A DNA stretch of 64,000 nt, from the NCBI RefSeq assembly GCF_009914755.1, contig NC_060948.1; one strand, given 5' to 3'. Shown piece by piece: positions 1 through 13,933 of the stretch. The stretch is from the human T2T-CHM13v2.0 reference genome, Homo sapiens. Position 1 is the first letter of the stretch. The number at the start of each line of letters is the position of its first letter. The position numbers and the translations under genes were made by a program. The notes under the pieces were generated by a model. That model did not search any database and was not told where the DNA came from. It worked only from the letters and a program-made list of their open reading frames with translations.

Positions 1-370
1 CGAATGGAATGGAATGGAATGCAATGGAATGGAACGTATTAGAATGTAATGAACTTTAATGGAATGTACTCGAATGGATTCGACTGGAATGGAATGTTGT
101 GGAAGTGAATGGACTCCAATGGAATGGATTCAAAAGGAATGGAATCGTACGGAATGGAATCTAATGGAATGGAATTAAATGGAAATGAATCAAATTGAAT
201 AGCATGGAATTGAATTGAATGGAATCGAATGCAATGGAATCTAATGAAACGGAAAGGAAAGGAATGGAATGGAATGGAATGGGCTGGAATGGAAAGGAAT
301 CGAAACGAATGGAATGGAATCGAACTGAAGAGACTGGAATGGAATGCACTGGAATGGAAGGGAGTGTAAT

Positions 371-385
371 GGAAGGTTCTCGAAA
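371..385. promoter_or_regulatory. Perfect three-unit heat-shock element (nGAAn-nTTCn-nGAAn); representative copy, present in all 18 units
   Basis: gGAAg gTTCt cGAAa matches the HSF1 consensus. Function at this site is not shown by the sequence. Confidence 0.5.
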
Positions 386-1396
386 AAAATGGAATCGAAT
401 GGAATGGAATTGAATGCAACGGAATAGAGTCGAATGGAATTGAATGGAATGGAATGGACTAGAGTGAAATGGAATCGAACCACAAGGAATGGACAGGAAT
501 AGAATGGTCTCGAATTGAATGGAATCGTATGGAATGGCATCAAACGGAATGGAATGGACAGCCACGGAATGGAATGCACTCGAATGCAATGGAGTCGAAA
601 CTAATGGACTGGAATAGAATGGACTCGACTGGTACGGACTCCAATGGAATGGAATCGAATGGAAGGGAATCGAACGGAATGGACTCGAAGGGAAAAGACT
701 GCAATGGAAAGGTCTCGAATGGAATGGAAATAAATGGAATGGAATGGAATCGAATGAAATGGAGTCAAAAGGAATGGAATCGAATGGCAAGAAATCGAAT
801 GTAATGGAATCGCAAGGAATTGATGTGAACGGAACGGAATGGAATGGAATCCAAAGGAATGGAATAGAATGGAATGGAATCGAATGGAAAGGACTCGAAT
901 GGAAATCACTCGAATAGAATGCAATTTAATAAAATAGGACCAAATGTAATGGAATGGAATGGAAAGGAATCGAAACGAAAGGAATGGAGACAGATGGAAT
1001 GGAATGGAACAGAGAGCAATGGTATAGAGTGGAATGGAATCATCTGGAATGGAATTGAATGGAATGGAATAATATGAAATGGAATGGAATGGAATGGAAT
1101 GGAATGCCCTTGAATTAAATGGACTGGAATGGAATGGACTCGAACAGAGTGGAATGGAAAGTGTTGAGATAGAATGGAATGGACTCGTTTGGAATGGTCT
1201 AGTAGGCAATGCAATCGACTGGCAGGGAATCAAAAGGAATGTAATCGAATGGATTGGACTGGAATGCAATGGACTCGAATAGATTGCAAACGGAATGCAA
1301 AGGAATGGAATGGAATAGTATGGAATGGAATGGAAAGGAATGGAGTGGAATAGACTAGAGTGGAATGGAATGGACTGGAAAGAAATGGACTGGAAT

Positions 1397-1411
1397 GGAA
1401 CTTTCTTGAAT
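1397..1411. promoter_or_regulatory. Perfect three-unit heat-shock element; representative copy, intact in 15 of 18 units
   Basis: gGAAc tTTCt tGAAt matches the HSF1 consensus. Confidence 0.45.
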
Positions 1412-2840
1412 GGACAGGAATCAAACGGAATGGAATGCAATGCAATCAAATGGCATGGAATAAAATAGAATGAAAGAGAATCAAATGGAATTGAATCGAA
1501 TGGAATCGAATGGATTGGAAAGGAATAGAATGGAATGGAATGGAATTGACTCAAATGGAATGGACTAGAATGGAATGGATTCGAATGGAAGGCAAACGAA
1601 TGGAATCTATTGGAATGGACTGTAATGGAATGGAATGGAAGGGATTGGAATGGACTCGAATGGAATGGACTGCAATAGAAAGGATTCGAATGGAATGAAA
1701 AAGAATTGAATGGAATAGAACAGAATGGAATCAAATCGAATGAAATGGAATGGAATAGAAAGGAATGGAATGAAATGGAATGGAAAGGATTCGAATGGAA
1801 TGCAATCGAATGGAATGGAATCGAACGGAATGGAATAAAATGGAAGAAAACTGGCAAGAAATGGAATCGAAATGAATGGAGTGTTATGGAACGGACTCAA
1901 AAGGAATTGAATGTAATAGAATGGAGTGGAGTGGACTCGAATATAATGGACTGGAATGGAATGAAATCACATGGAATGGGAACGAATGGAATGGAATGGA
2001 AAGGAATGGAATCGAATGGAAAGGAATCGAATAGAAGGGAATGAAATTGAATCAACAGGAATGGAAGGGAATAGAATAGACGGTAATGGAATGGACTCGA
2101 ATTGAATGGACACGAATGCTGAAATTGAATGGACTCGAATGGAATGGAAACGAAAGGAATGTCATCGAATGGAATTGAATCGATTGGAATGAAATCGCAT
2201 AGAATGGAGTGGAATCAAATGGAATTGAATCGAAAGGAAAGGAAGCGAATGGACTGAAACGAAATGGAATGGAATTGAATGGAAAGTAATGCAATGGAAT
2301 AGAATGGAACGAAATTTCACGGAATGGAATCAAACTGAATGGAATCAAATCAATGGAATCTAATCAAATGGAATGGAAAGGAACTGAATGGAGTAGATTG
2401 GATTGGATGGGATTGGAATGAAATGTACTGGAAAGGACTCGAATTTCATGAAACGGAATGGAATGAATTGGAACGGAATGGACTCGAATGGAATGGAATG
2501 TCATGGAATGGCATCAAATGGAATGGCATCAAATGGAATGGAATCGAATGCAATGGAATGCTATGGAATGGAATGGAATGCATTGGAATGGAATGTCCTC
2601 TAATGGAATGGATTCGAGTGGAATGGCATCGAATATAACGGAGTCGAATGAAATGGAATTGAAAAGAATGGGATCGAATACAATGGAATATACTGGAATG
2701 TAATGTAATGAACTCGAATGTAATTGACTGGAATGGAATGTACATGAATGGAATGTAATCGAATGGAAAGTAATCCAATGGAATAGAATCTAATGCAATA
2801 AAATCGACTCAGATAGAGTAGAATGTAATGGAATGGAGTG

Positions 2841-2940
2841 CAGTGCAATGGAATGGAATGGAATGGAATGCAATGGAATGGAATGGAATGGAATGGAATG
2901 GAATTTAATGGAATGGGATGGAATGGTATGGAATGGATAG
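2841..2940. repeat. Near-pure (GGAAT)n tract of variable length; representative copy, one per unit
   Basis: Lies between GAGTGCAGTG and GGATAGTAAT; span is 75-110 bp in steps of 5 across the 18 copies. Confidence 0.85.
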
Positions 2941-3279
2941 TAATGGACTGGAGTGAAATGGACTGGAAAGGAATGGACTCAAATTGAAAGGGCTCGAAAG
3001 GAATGGAGTCAAATGGAATGGTCTGGAATGGAATGAACACGAATGTAATGCAATCCAATAGAATGGAATCGAATGGCATGGAATATAAAGAAATGGAATC
3101 GAAGAGAATGGAAACAAATGGAATGGAATTGAATGGAATGGAATTGAATGGAATGGGAACGAATGGAGTGAAATTGTATGCAGTAGAAGGGAATAGAATG
3201 GAATGCAAGCGAAAGGAAAGGAATGGATTGGAATGGAATGGAATTCATTGGAATGGAAGGGAATGTAGTGTAATGGACA

Positions 3280-6200
3280 GGCCTGGAATAAAGTGGAATG
3301 CTACGGTCTCGAATGGAATAAAAATGTATGGAATGGAATGCAATGAAACGGAATCGAATGTCATAGAATGTAATGGAATGCAAAAAAATGGAATCCAAAA
3401 TCATTGACAGGAAAGGCTGGGTGTCGAAAGGAATTGACTCCAATGGAATGGAATCGAATGGAATGGAAGTGAATAGAATCGAACTAAATCGAATGGAATG
3501 GAATTGATAGGAACGGAATGGAAAGGAATGCAATGATTTGGCATGGAATGGAATCGAATGGCATCGAATGGAATGGAATGGAATGCAATGGAATGGAATG
3601 TATTAGAATGTAATGAACTTTAATGGAATGTACTCGAATGGATTCGACTGGAATGGAATGTTCTGGAAGTGAATGGACTCCAATGGAATGGATTCAAAAG
3701 GAATGGAATCGTACGGAATGGAATCTAATGGAATGGAATTAAATGGAAATGAATCAAATTGAATAGCACGGAATTGAATTGAATGGAATGGAATGCAATG
3801 GAATCTAATGAAACGGAAAGGAAAGGAATGGAATGGAATGGAATGGGCTGGAATGGAAAGGAATCGAAACGAATGGAATGGAATCGAACTGAAGAGACTG
3901 GAATGGAATGCACTGGAATGGAAGGGAGTGTAATGGAAGGTTCTCGAAAAAAATGGAATCGAATGGAATGGAATTGAATGGAACGGAATAGAGTCGAATG
4001 GAATTGAATGGAATGGAATGGACTAGAGTGAAATGGAATCGAACCACAAGGAATGGACAGGAATAGAATGGTCTCGAATTGAATGGAATCGTATGGAATG
4101 GCATCAAACGGAATGGAATGGACAGCCACGGAATGGAATGCACTCGAATGCAATGGAGTCGAAACTAATGGACTGGAATAGAATGGACTCGACTGGTACG
4201 GACTCCAATGGAATGGAATCGAATGGAAGGGAATCGAACGGAATGGACTCGAAGGGAAAAGACTGCAATGGAAAGGTCTCGAATGGAATGGAAATTAATG
4301 GAATGGAATGGAATCGAATGAAATGGAGTCAAAAGGAATGGAATCGAATGGCAAGAAATCGAATGTAATGGAATCGCAAGGAATTGATGTGAACGGAACG
4401 GAATGGAATGGAATCCAAAGGAATGGAATAGAATGGAATGGAATCGAATGGAAAGGACTCGAATGGAAATCACTCGAATAGAATGCAATTTAATAAAATA
4501 GGATCAAATGTAATGGAATGGAATGGAAAGGAATCGAAACGAAAGGAATGGAGACAGATGGAATGGAATGGAACAGAGAGCAATGGTATAGAATGGAATG
4601 GAATCATCTGGAATGGAATTGAATGGAATGGAATAATATGAAATGGAATGGAATGGAATGGAATGGAATGCCCTTGAATTAAATGGACTGGAATGGAATG
4701 GACTCGAACAGAGTGGAATGGAAAGTGTTGAGATAGAATGGAATGGACTCCTTTGGAATGGTGTAGTATGCAATGCAATCGACTGGCAGGGAATCAAAAG
4801 GAATGTAATGGAATGGACTGGACTGGAATGCAATGGACTCGAATAGATTGGAAACGGAATGCAAAGGAATGGAATGGAATAGTATGGAATGGAATGGAAA
4901 GGAATGGAGTGGAATAGACTAGAGTGGAATGGAATGGACTGGAAAGCAATGGACTGGAATGGAACTTTCTTGAATGGACTGGAATCAAACGGAATGGAAT
5001 GCAATGCAATCAAATGGCATGGAATAAAATAGAATGAAGAAAATGAAATGGAATTGAATCGAATGGAATCGAATGGATTGGAAAGGAATAGAATGGAATG
5101 GAATGGAATTGACTCAAATGGAATGGACTAGAATGGAATGGATTCGAATGGAAGGCAAAGGAATGGAATCTATTGGAATGGACTGTAATGGAATGGAATG
5201 GAAGGGATTGGAATGGACTCGAATGGAATGGACTGCAATAGAAAGGATTCGAATGTAATGAAAAAGAATTGAATGGAATAGAACAGAATGGAATCAAATC
5301 GAATGAAATGGAATGGAATAGAAAGGAATGGAATGAAATGGAATGGAAAGGATTCGAATGGAATGCAATCGAATGGAATGGAATCGAACGGAATGGAATA
5401 AAATGGAAGAAAACTGGCAAGAAATGGAATCGAAATGAATGGAGTGTTATGGAACGGACTCAAAAGGAATTGAATGTAATAGAATGGAGTGGAGTGGACT
5501 CGAATATAATGGACTGGAATGGAATGAAATCACATGGAATGGGAACGAATGGAATGGAATGGAAAGGAATGGAATCGAATGGAAAGGAATCGAATAGAAG
5601 GGAATGAAATTGAATCAACAGGAATGGAAGGGAATAGAATAGACGTTAATGGAATGGACTCGAATTGAATGGACACGAATGCTGAAATTGAATGGACTCG
5701 AATGGAATGGAAACGAAAGGAATGTCATCGAATGGAATTGAATCGATTGGAATGAAATCGCATAGAATGGAGTGGAATCAAATGGAATTGAATCGAAAGG
5801 AAAGGAAGCGAATGGACTGAAACGAAATGGAATGGAATTGAATGGAAAGTAATGCAATGGAATAGAATGGAACGAAATTTCACGGAATGGAATCAAACTG
5901 AATGGAATCAAATCAATGGAATCTAATCAAATGGAATGGAAAGGAACTGAATGGAGTAGATTGGATTGGATGGGATTGGAATGAAATGTACTGGAAAGGA
6001 CTCGAATTTCATGAAACGGAATGGAATGAATTGGAACGGAATGGACTCGAATGGAATGGAATGTCATGGAATGGCATCAAATGGAATGGCATCAAATGGA
6101 ATGGAATCGAATGCAATGGAATGCTATGGAATGGAATGGAATGCATTGGAATGGAATGTCCTCTAATGGAATGGATTCGAGTGGAATGGCATCGAATATA

Positions 6201-6842
6201 ACGGAGTCGAATGAAATGGAATTGAAAAGAATGGGATCGAATACAATGGAATATACTGGAATGTAATGTAATGAACTCGAATGTAATTGACTGGAATGGA
6301 ATGTACATGAATGGAATGTAATCGAATGGAAAGTAATCCAATGGAATAGAATCTAATGCAATAAAATCGACTCAGATAGAGTAGAATGTAATGGAATGGA
6401 GTGCAGTGCAATGGAATGGAATGGAATGGAATGCAATGGAATGGAATGGAATGGAATGGAATGGAATTTAATGGAATGGGATGGAATGGTATGGAATGGA
6501 TAGTAATGGACTGGAGTGAAATGGACTGGAAAGGAATGGACTCAAATTGAAAGGGCTCGAAAGGAATGGAGTCAAATGGAATGGTCTGGAATGGAATGAA
6601 CACGAATGTAATGCAATCCAATAGAATGGAATCGAATGGCATGGAATATAAAGAAATGGAATCGAAGAGAATGGAAACAAATGGAATGGAATTGAATGGA
6701 ATGGAATTGAATGGAATGGGAACGAATGGAGTGAAATTGTATGCAGTAGAAGGGAATAGAATGGAATGCAAGCGAAAGGAAAGGAATGGATTGGAATGGA
6801 ATGGAATTCATTGGAATGGAAGGGAATGTAGTGTAATGGACA
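3280..6842. repeat. DYZ1 unit 2 (3563 bp, HaeIII to HaeIII)
   Basis: 3564 - 1 (net 1-bp deletion, AATGAAGAAAATGAAAT, ~5035-5050). Confidence 0.92.
3655..3669. promoter_or_regulatory. Perfect three-unit heat-shock element; dimorphic, intact in 12 of 18 units
   Basis: gGAAt gTTCt gGAAg; the alternative allele GTTGT destroys the central TTC. Confidence 0.45.
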
Positions 6843-9800
6843 GGCCTGGAATAAAGTGGAATGCTACGGTCTCGAATGGAATAAAAATGTATGGAATGGA
6901 ATGCAATGAAACGGAATCGAATGTCATAGAATGTAATGGAATGCAAAAAAATGGAATCCAAAATCATTGACAGGAAAGGCTGGGTGTCGAAAGGAATTGA
7001 CTCCAATGGAATGGAATCGAATGGAATGGAAGTGAATAGAATCGAACTAAATCGAATGGAATGGAATTGATAGGAACGGAATGGAAAGGAATGCAATGAT
7101 TTGGCATGGAATGGAATCGAATGGCATCGAATGGAATGGAATGGAATGCAATGGAATGGAATGTATTAGAATGTAATGAACTTTAATGGAATGTACTCGA
7201 ATGGATTCGACTGGAATGGAATGTTCTGGAAGTGAATGGACTCCAATGGAATGGATTCAAAAGGAATGGAATCGTACGGAATGGAATCTAATGGAATGGA
7301 ATTAAATGGAAATGAATCAAATTGAATAGCACGGAATTGAATTGAATGGAATGGAATGCAATGGAATCTAATGAAACGGAAAGGAAAGGAATGGAATGGA
7401 ATGGAATGGGCTGGAATGGAAAGGAATCGAAACGAATGGAATGGAATCGAACTGAAGAGACTGGAATGGAATGCACTGGAATGGAAGGGAGTGTAATGGA
7501 AGGTTCTCGAAAAAAATGGAATCGAATGGAATGGAATTGAATGGAACGGAATAGAGTCGAATGGAATTGAATGGAATGGAATGGACTAGAGTGAAATGGA
7601 ATCGAACCACAAGGAATGGACAGGAATAGAATGGTCTCGAATTGAATGGAATCGTATGGAATGGCATCAAACGGAATGGAATGGACAGCCACGGAATGGA
7701 ATGCACTCGAATGCAATGGAGTCGAAACTAATGGACTGGAATAGAATGGACTCGACTGGTACGGACTCCAATGGAATGGAATCGAATGGAAGGGAATCGA
7801 ACGGAATGGACTCGAAGGGAAAAGACTGCAATGGAAAGGTCTCGAATGGAATGGAAATTAATGGAATGGAATGGAATCGAATGAAATGGAGTCAAAAGGA
7901 ATGGAATCGAATGGCAAGAAATCGAATGTAATGGAATCGCAAGGAATTGATGTGAACGGAACGGAATGGAATGGAATCCAAAGGAATGGAATAGAATGGA
8001 ATGGAATCGAATGGAAAGGACTCGAATGGAAATCACTCGAATAGAATGCAATTTAATAAAATAGGATCAAATGTAATGGAATGGAATGGAAAGGAATCGA
8101 AACGAAAGGAATGGAGACAGATGGAATGGAATGGAACAGAGAGCAATGGTATAGAATGGAATGGAATCATCTGGAATGGAATTGAATGGAATGGAATAAT
8201 ATGAAATGGAATGGAATGGAATGGAATGGAATGCCCTTGAATTAAATGGACTGGAATGGAATGGACTCGAACAGAGTGGAATGGAAAGTGTTGAGATAGA
8301 ATGGAATGGACTCCTTTGGAATGGTGTAGTATGCAATGCAATCGACTGGCAGGGAATCAAAAGGAATGTAATGGAATGGACTGGACTGGAATGCAATGGA
8401 CTCGAATAGATTGGAAACGGAATGCAAAGGAATGGAATGGAATAGTATGGAATGGAATGGAAAGGAATGGAGTGGAATAGACTAGAGTGGAATGGAATGG
8501 ACTGGAAAGCAATGGACTGGAATGGAACTTTCTTGAATGGACTGGAATCAAACGGAATGGAATGCAATGCAATCAAATGGCATGGAATAAAATAGAATGA
8601 AGAAAATGAAATGGAATTGAATCGAATGGAATCGAATGGATTGGAAAGGAATAGAATGGAATGGAATGGAATTGACTCAAATGGAATGGACTAGAATGGA
8701 ATGGATTCGAATGGAAGGCAAAGGAATGGAATCTATTGGAATGGACTGTAATGGAATGGAATGGAAGGGATTGGAATGGACTCGAATGGAATGGACTGCA
8801 ATAGAAAGGATTCGAATGGAATGAAAAAGAATTGAATGGAATAGAACAGAATGGAATCAAATCGAATGAAATGGAATGGAATAGAAAGGAATGGAATGAA
8901 ATGGAATGGAAAGGATTCGAATGGAATGCAATCGAATGGAATGGAATCGAACGGAATGGAATAAAATGGAAGAAAACTGGCAAGAAATGGAATCGAAATG
9001 AATGGAGTGTTATGGAACGGACTCAAAAGGAACTGAATGTAATAGAATGGAGTGGAGTGGACTCGAATATAATGGACTGGAATGGAATGAAATCACATGG
9101 AATGGGAACGAATGGAATGGAATGGAAAGGAATGGAATCGAATGGAAAGGAATCGAATGGAAGGGAATGAAATTGAATCAACAGGAATGGAAGGGAATAG
9201 AATAGACGGTAATGGAATGGACTCGAATAGAATGGACACGAATGCTCAAATTGAATGGACTCGAATGGAATGGAAACGAAAGGAATGTCATCGAATGGAA
9301 TTGAATCGATTGGAATGAAATCGCACAGAATGGAGTGGAATCAAATGGAATTGAATCGAAAGGAAAGGAAGCAAATGGACTGAAATGAAATGGAATGGAA
9401 TTGAATGGAAAGTTATGTAATGGAATACAATGGAACGAAATTTCACGGAATGGAATCAAACTGAATGGAATCAAATCAATGGAATCAAATCAAATGGAAT
9501 GGAAAGGAATTGAATGGAGTAGATTGGATGGGATGGGATTGGAATGAAATGTACTGGAAAGGACTCGAATTTCATGAAACGGAATGGAATGAATTGGAAC
9601 GGAATGGACTCGAATGGAATGGAATGTCAGGGAATGGCATCAAATGGAATGGCATCAAATTGAATGGAATCGAATGCAATGGAATGCTATGGAATGGAAT
9701 GGAATGCATTGGAATGGAATGTCCTCTAATGGAATGGATTCGAGTGGAATGGAATCGAATATAATGGAGTCGAATGAAATGGAATTGAAAGGAATAGGAT

Positions 9801-10390
9801 CGAATACAATGGAATATACTGGAATGTAATGTAATGAACTCGAATGTAATTGACTGGAATGGAATGTACATGAATGGAATGTAATCGAATGGAAAGTAAT
9901 CCAATGGAATAGAATCTAATGCAATAAAATCGACTCAGATAGAGTAGAATGTAATGGAATGGAGTGCAGTGCAATGGAATGGAATGGAATGGAATGCAAT
10001 GGAATGGAATGGAATGGAATGGAATGGAATGGAATGGTGTGGAATGGATAGTAATGGACTGGAGTGAAATGGACTGGAAAGGAATGGACTCAAATTGAAA
10101 GGGCTCGAAAGGAATGGAGTCAAATGGAATGGTCTGGAATGGAATGAACACGAATGTAATGCAATCCAATAGAATGGAATCGAATGGCATGGAATATAAA
10201 GAAATGGATTCGAAGAGAATGGAAACAAATGGAATGGAATTGAATGGAATGGAATTGAATGGAATGGGAACGAATGGAGTGAAATTGTATGCAGTAGAAG
10301 GGAATAGAATGGAATGCAAGCGAAAGGAAAGGAATGGATTGGAATGGAATGGAATTCATTGGAATGGAAGGGAATGTAGTGTAATGGACA
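6843..10390. repeat. DYZ1 unit 3 (3548 bp)
   Basis: 3564 - 1 (~8600) - 15 (shorter variable tract). Confidence 0.92.
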
Positions 10391-13300
10391 GGCCTGGAAT
10401 AAAGTGGAATGCTACGGTCTCGAATGGAATAAAAATGTATGGAATGGAATGCAATGAAACGGAATCGAATGTCATAGAATGTAATGGAATGCAAAAAAAT
10501 GGAATCCAAAATCATTGACTGGAAAGGCTGGGTGTCGAAAGGAATTGACTCCAATGGAATGGAATCGAATGGAATGGAAGTGAATAGAATCGAACTAAAT
10601 CGAATGGAATGGAATTGATAGGAACGGAATGGAAAGGAATGCAATGATTTGGCATGGAATGGAATCGAATGGCATCGAATGGAATGGAATGGAATGCAAT
10701 GGAATGGAATGTATTAGAATGTAATGAACTTTAATGGAATGTACTCGAATGGATTCGACTGGAATGGAATGTTGTGGAAGTGAATGGACTCCAATGGAAT
10801 GGATTCAAAAGGAATGGAATCGTACGGAATGGAATCTAATGGAATGGAATTAAATGGAAATGAATCAAATTGAATAGCACGGAATTGAATTGAATGGAAT
10901 GGAATGCAATGGAATCTAATGAAACGGAAAGGAAAGGAATGGAATGGAATGGAATGGAATGGGCTGGAATGGAAAGGAATCGAAACGAATGGAATGGAAT
11001 CGAACTGAAGAGACTGGAATGGAATGCACTGGAATGGAAGGGAGTGTAATGGAAGGTTCTCGAAAAAAATGGAATCGAATGGATTGGAATTGAATGGAAC
11101 GGAATAGAGTCGAATGGAATTGAATGGAATGGAATGGACTAGAGTGAAATGGAATCGAACCACAAGGAATGGACAGGAATAGAATGGTCTCGAATTGAAT
11201 GGAATCGTATGGAATGGCATCAAACGGAATGGAATGGACAGCCACGGAATGGAATGCACTCGAATGCAATGGAGTCGAAACTAATGGACTGGAATAGAAT
11301 GGACTCGACTGGTACGGACTCCAATGGAATGGAATCGAATGGAAGGGAATCGAACGGAATGGACTCGAAGGGAAAAGACTGCAATGGAAAGGTCTCGAAT
11401 GGAATGGAAATTAATGGAATGGAATGGAATCGAATGAAATGGAGTCAAAAGGAATGGAATCGAATGGCAAGAAATCGAATGTAATGGAATCGCAAGGAAT
11501 TGATGTGAACGGAACGGAATGGAATGGAATCCAAAGGAATGGAATAGAATGGAATGGAATCGAATGGAAAGGACAAGAATGGAAATCACTCGAATAGAAT
11601 GCAATTTAATAAAATAGGATCAAATGTAATGGAATGGAATGGAAAGGAATCGAAACGAAAGGAATGGAGACAGATGGAATGGAATGGAACAGAGAGCAAT
11701 GGTATAGAATGGAATGGAATCATCTGGAATGGAATTGAATGGAATGGAATAATATGAAATGGAATGGAATGGAATGGAATGGAATGCCCTTGAATTAAAT
11801 GGACTGGAATGGAATGGACTCGAACAGAGTGGAATGGAAAGTGTTGAGATAGAATGGAATGGACTCCTTTGGAATGGTGTAGTATGCAATGCAATCGACT
11901 GGCAGGGAATCAAAAGGAATGTAATCGAATGGATTGGACTGGAATGCAATGGACTCGAATAGATTGCAAACGGAATGCAAAGGAATGGAATGGAATAGTA
12001 TGGAATGGAATGGAAAGGAATGGAGTGGAATAGACTAGAGTGGAATGGAATGGACTGGAAAGCAATGGACTGGAATGGAACTTTCTTGAATGGACTGGAA
12101 TCAAACGGAATGGAATGCAATGCAATCAAATGGCATGGAATAAAATAGAATGAAAGAGAATCAAATGGAATTGAATCGAATGGAATCGAATGGATTGGAA
12201 AGGAATAGAATGGAATGGAATGGAATTGACTCAAATGGAATGGACTAGAATGGAATGGATTCGAATGGAAGGCAAAGGAATGGAATCTATTGGAATGGAC
12301 TGTAATGGAATGGAATGGAAGGGATTGGAATGGACTGCAATAGAAAGGATTCGAATGGAATGAAAAAGAATTGAATGGAATAGAACAGAATGGAATCAAA
12401 TCGAATGAAATGGAATGGAATAGAAAGGAATGGAATGAAATGGAATGGAAAGGATTCGAATGGAATGCAATCGAATGGAATGGAATCGAACGGAATGGAA
12501 TAAAATGGAAGAAAACTGGCAAGAAATGGAATCGAAATGAAGGGAGTGTTATGGAACGGACTCAAATGAATTGAATGTAATAGAATGGAGTGGAGTGGAC
12601 TCGAATATAATGGACTGGAATGGAATGAAATCACATGGAATGGGAACGAATGGAATGGAATGGAAAGGAATGGAATCGAATGGAAAGGAATCGAATGGAA
12701 GGGAATGAAATTGAATCAACAGGAATGGAAGGGAATAGAATAGACGGTAATGGAATGGACTCGAATAGAATGGACACGAATGCTCAAATTGAATGGACTC
12801 GAATGGAATGGAAACGAAAGGAATGTCATCGAATGGAATTGAATCGATTGGAATGAAATCGCATAGAATGGAGTGGAATCAAATGGAATTGAATCGAAAG
12901 GAAAGGAAGCGAATGGACTGAAATGGAATGGAATTGAATGGAAAGTAATGCAATGGAATAGAAGGGAACGAAATTTCACGGAATGGAATCAAACTGAATG
13001 GAATCAAATCAATGGAATCAAATCAAATGGAATGGAAAGGAATTGAATGGAGTAGATTGGATTGGATGGGATTGGAATGAAATGTACTGGAAAGGACTCG
13101 AATTTCATGAAACGGAATGGAATGAATTGGAACGGAATGGACTCGAATGGAATGGAATGTCATGGAATGGCATCAAATGGAATGGCATCAAATGGAATGG
13201 AATCGAATGCAATGGAATGCTATGGAATGGAATGGAATGCATTGGAATGGAATGTCCTCTAATGGAATGGATTCGAGTGGAATGGAATCGAATATAATGG

Positions 13301-13933
13301 AGTCGAATGAAATGGAATTGAAAGGAATGGGATCGAATACAATGGAATATACTGGAATGTAATGTAATGAACTCGAATGTAATTGACTGGAATGGAATGT
13401 ACATGAATGGAATGTAATCGAATGGAAAGTAATCCAATGGAATAGAATCTAATGCAATAAAATCGACTCAGATAGAGTAGAATGTAATGGAATGGAGTGC
13501 AGTGCAATGGAATGGAATGGAATGGAATGCAATGGAATGGAATGCAATGGAATGGAATGGAATTGAATGGGATGGAATGGTATGGAATGGACAGTAATGG
13601 ACTGGAGTGAAATGGACTGCAAAGGAATGGACTCAAATTGAAAGGGCTCGAAAGGAATGGAGACAAATGGAATGGTCTGGAATGGAATGAACACGAATGT
13701 AATGCAATCCAATAGAATGGAGTCGAATGGCATGGAATATAAAGAAATGGAATCGAAGAGAATGGAAACAAATGGAATGGAATTGAATGGAATGGAATTG
13801 AATGGAATGGGAAAGAATGGAGTGAAATTGTATGCAGTAGAAGAGAATAGAATGGAATGCAAGCGAAAGGAAAGGAATGGATTGGAATGGAATGGAATTC
13901 ATTGGAATGGAAGGGAATGTAGTGTAATGGACA
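10391..13933. repeat. DYZ1 unit 4 (3543 bp)
   Basis: 3564 + 5 (~10945) - 15 (~12335) - 1 (~12566) - 5 (~12920) - 5 (variable tract). Confidence 0.92.

Larger units (their letters stand above)
1..3279. repeat. DYZ1 unit 1 (partial, truncated by window start)
   Basis: Same landmark order as later units; 219 to 3783 and 469 to 4033 are offsets of 3564 bp. Confidence 0.92.

Noticed and set aside
928-933. AATAAA hexamers (several per unit) as polyadenylation signals
   Set aside because: They arise by small changes from GGAAT in an A-rich strand, and there is no GU-rich downstream element or transcript evidence here.
2440-2454. GAATTTCATGAAA (and GAAATTTCACGGA at ~2311) as further HSEs
   Set aside because: Spacing of the first unit is wrong, or the third unit mismatches; only two-unit matches.
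3003-3407. 134-aa + strand ORF recurring in nearly every unit
   Set aside because: Recurrence only reflects unit identity; it is truncated by CGA>TGA at ~17408 and ~45904.
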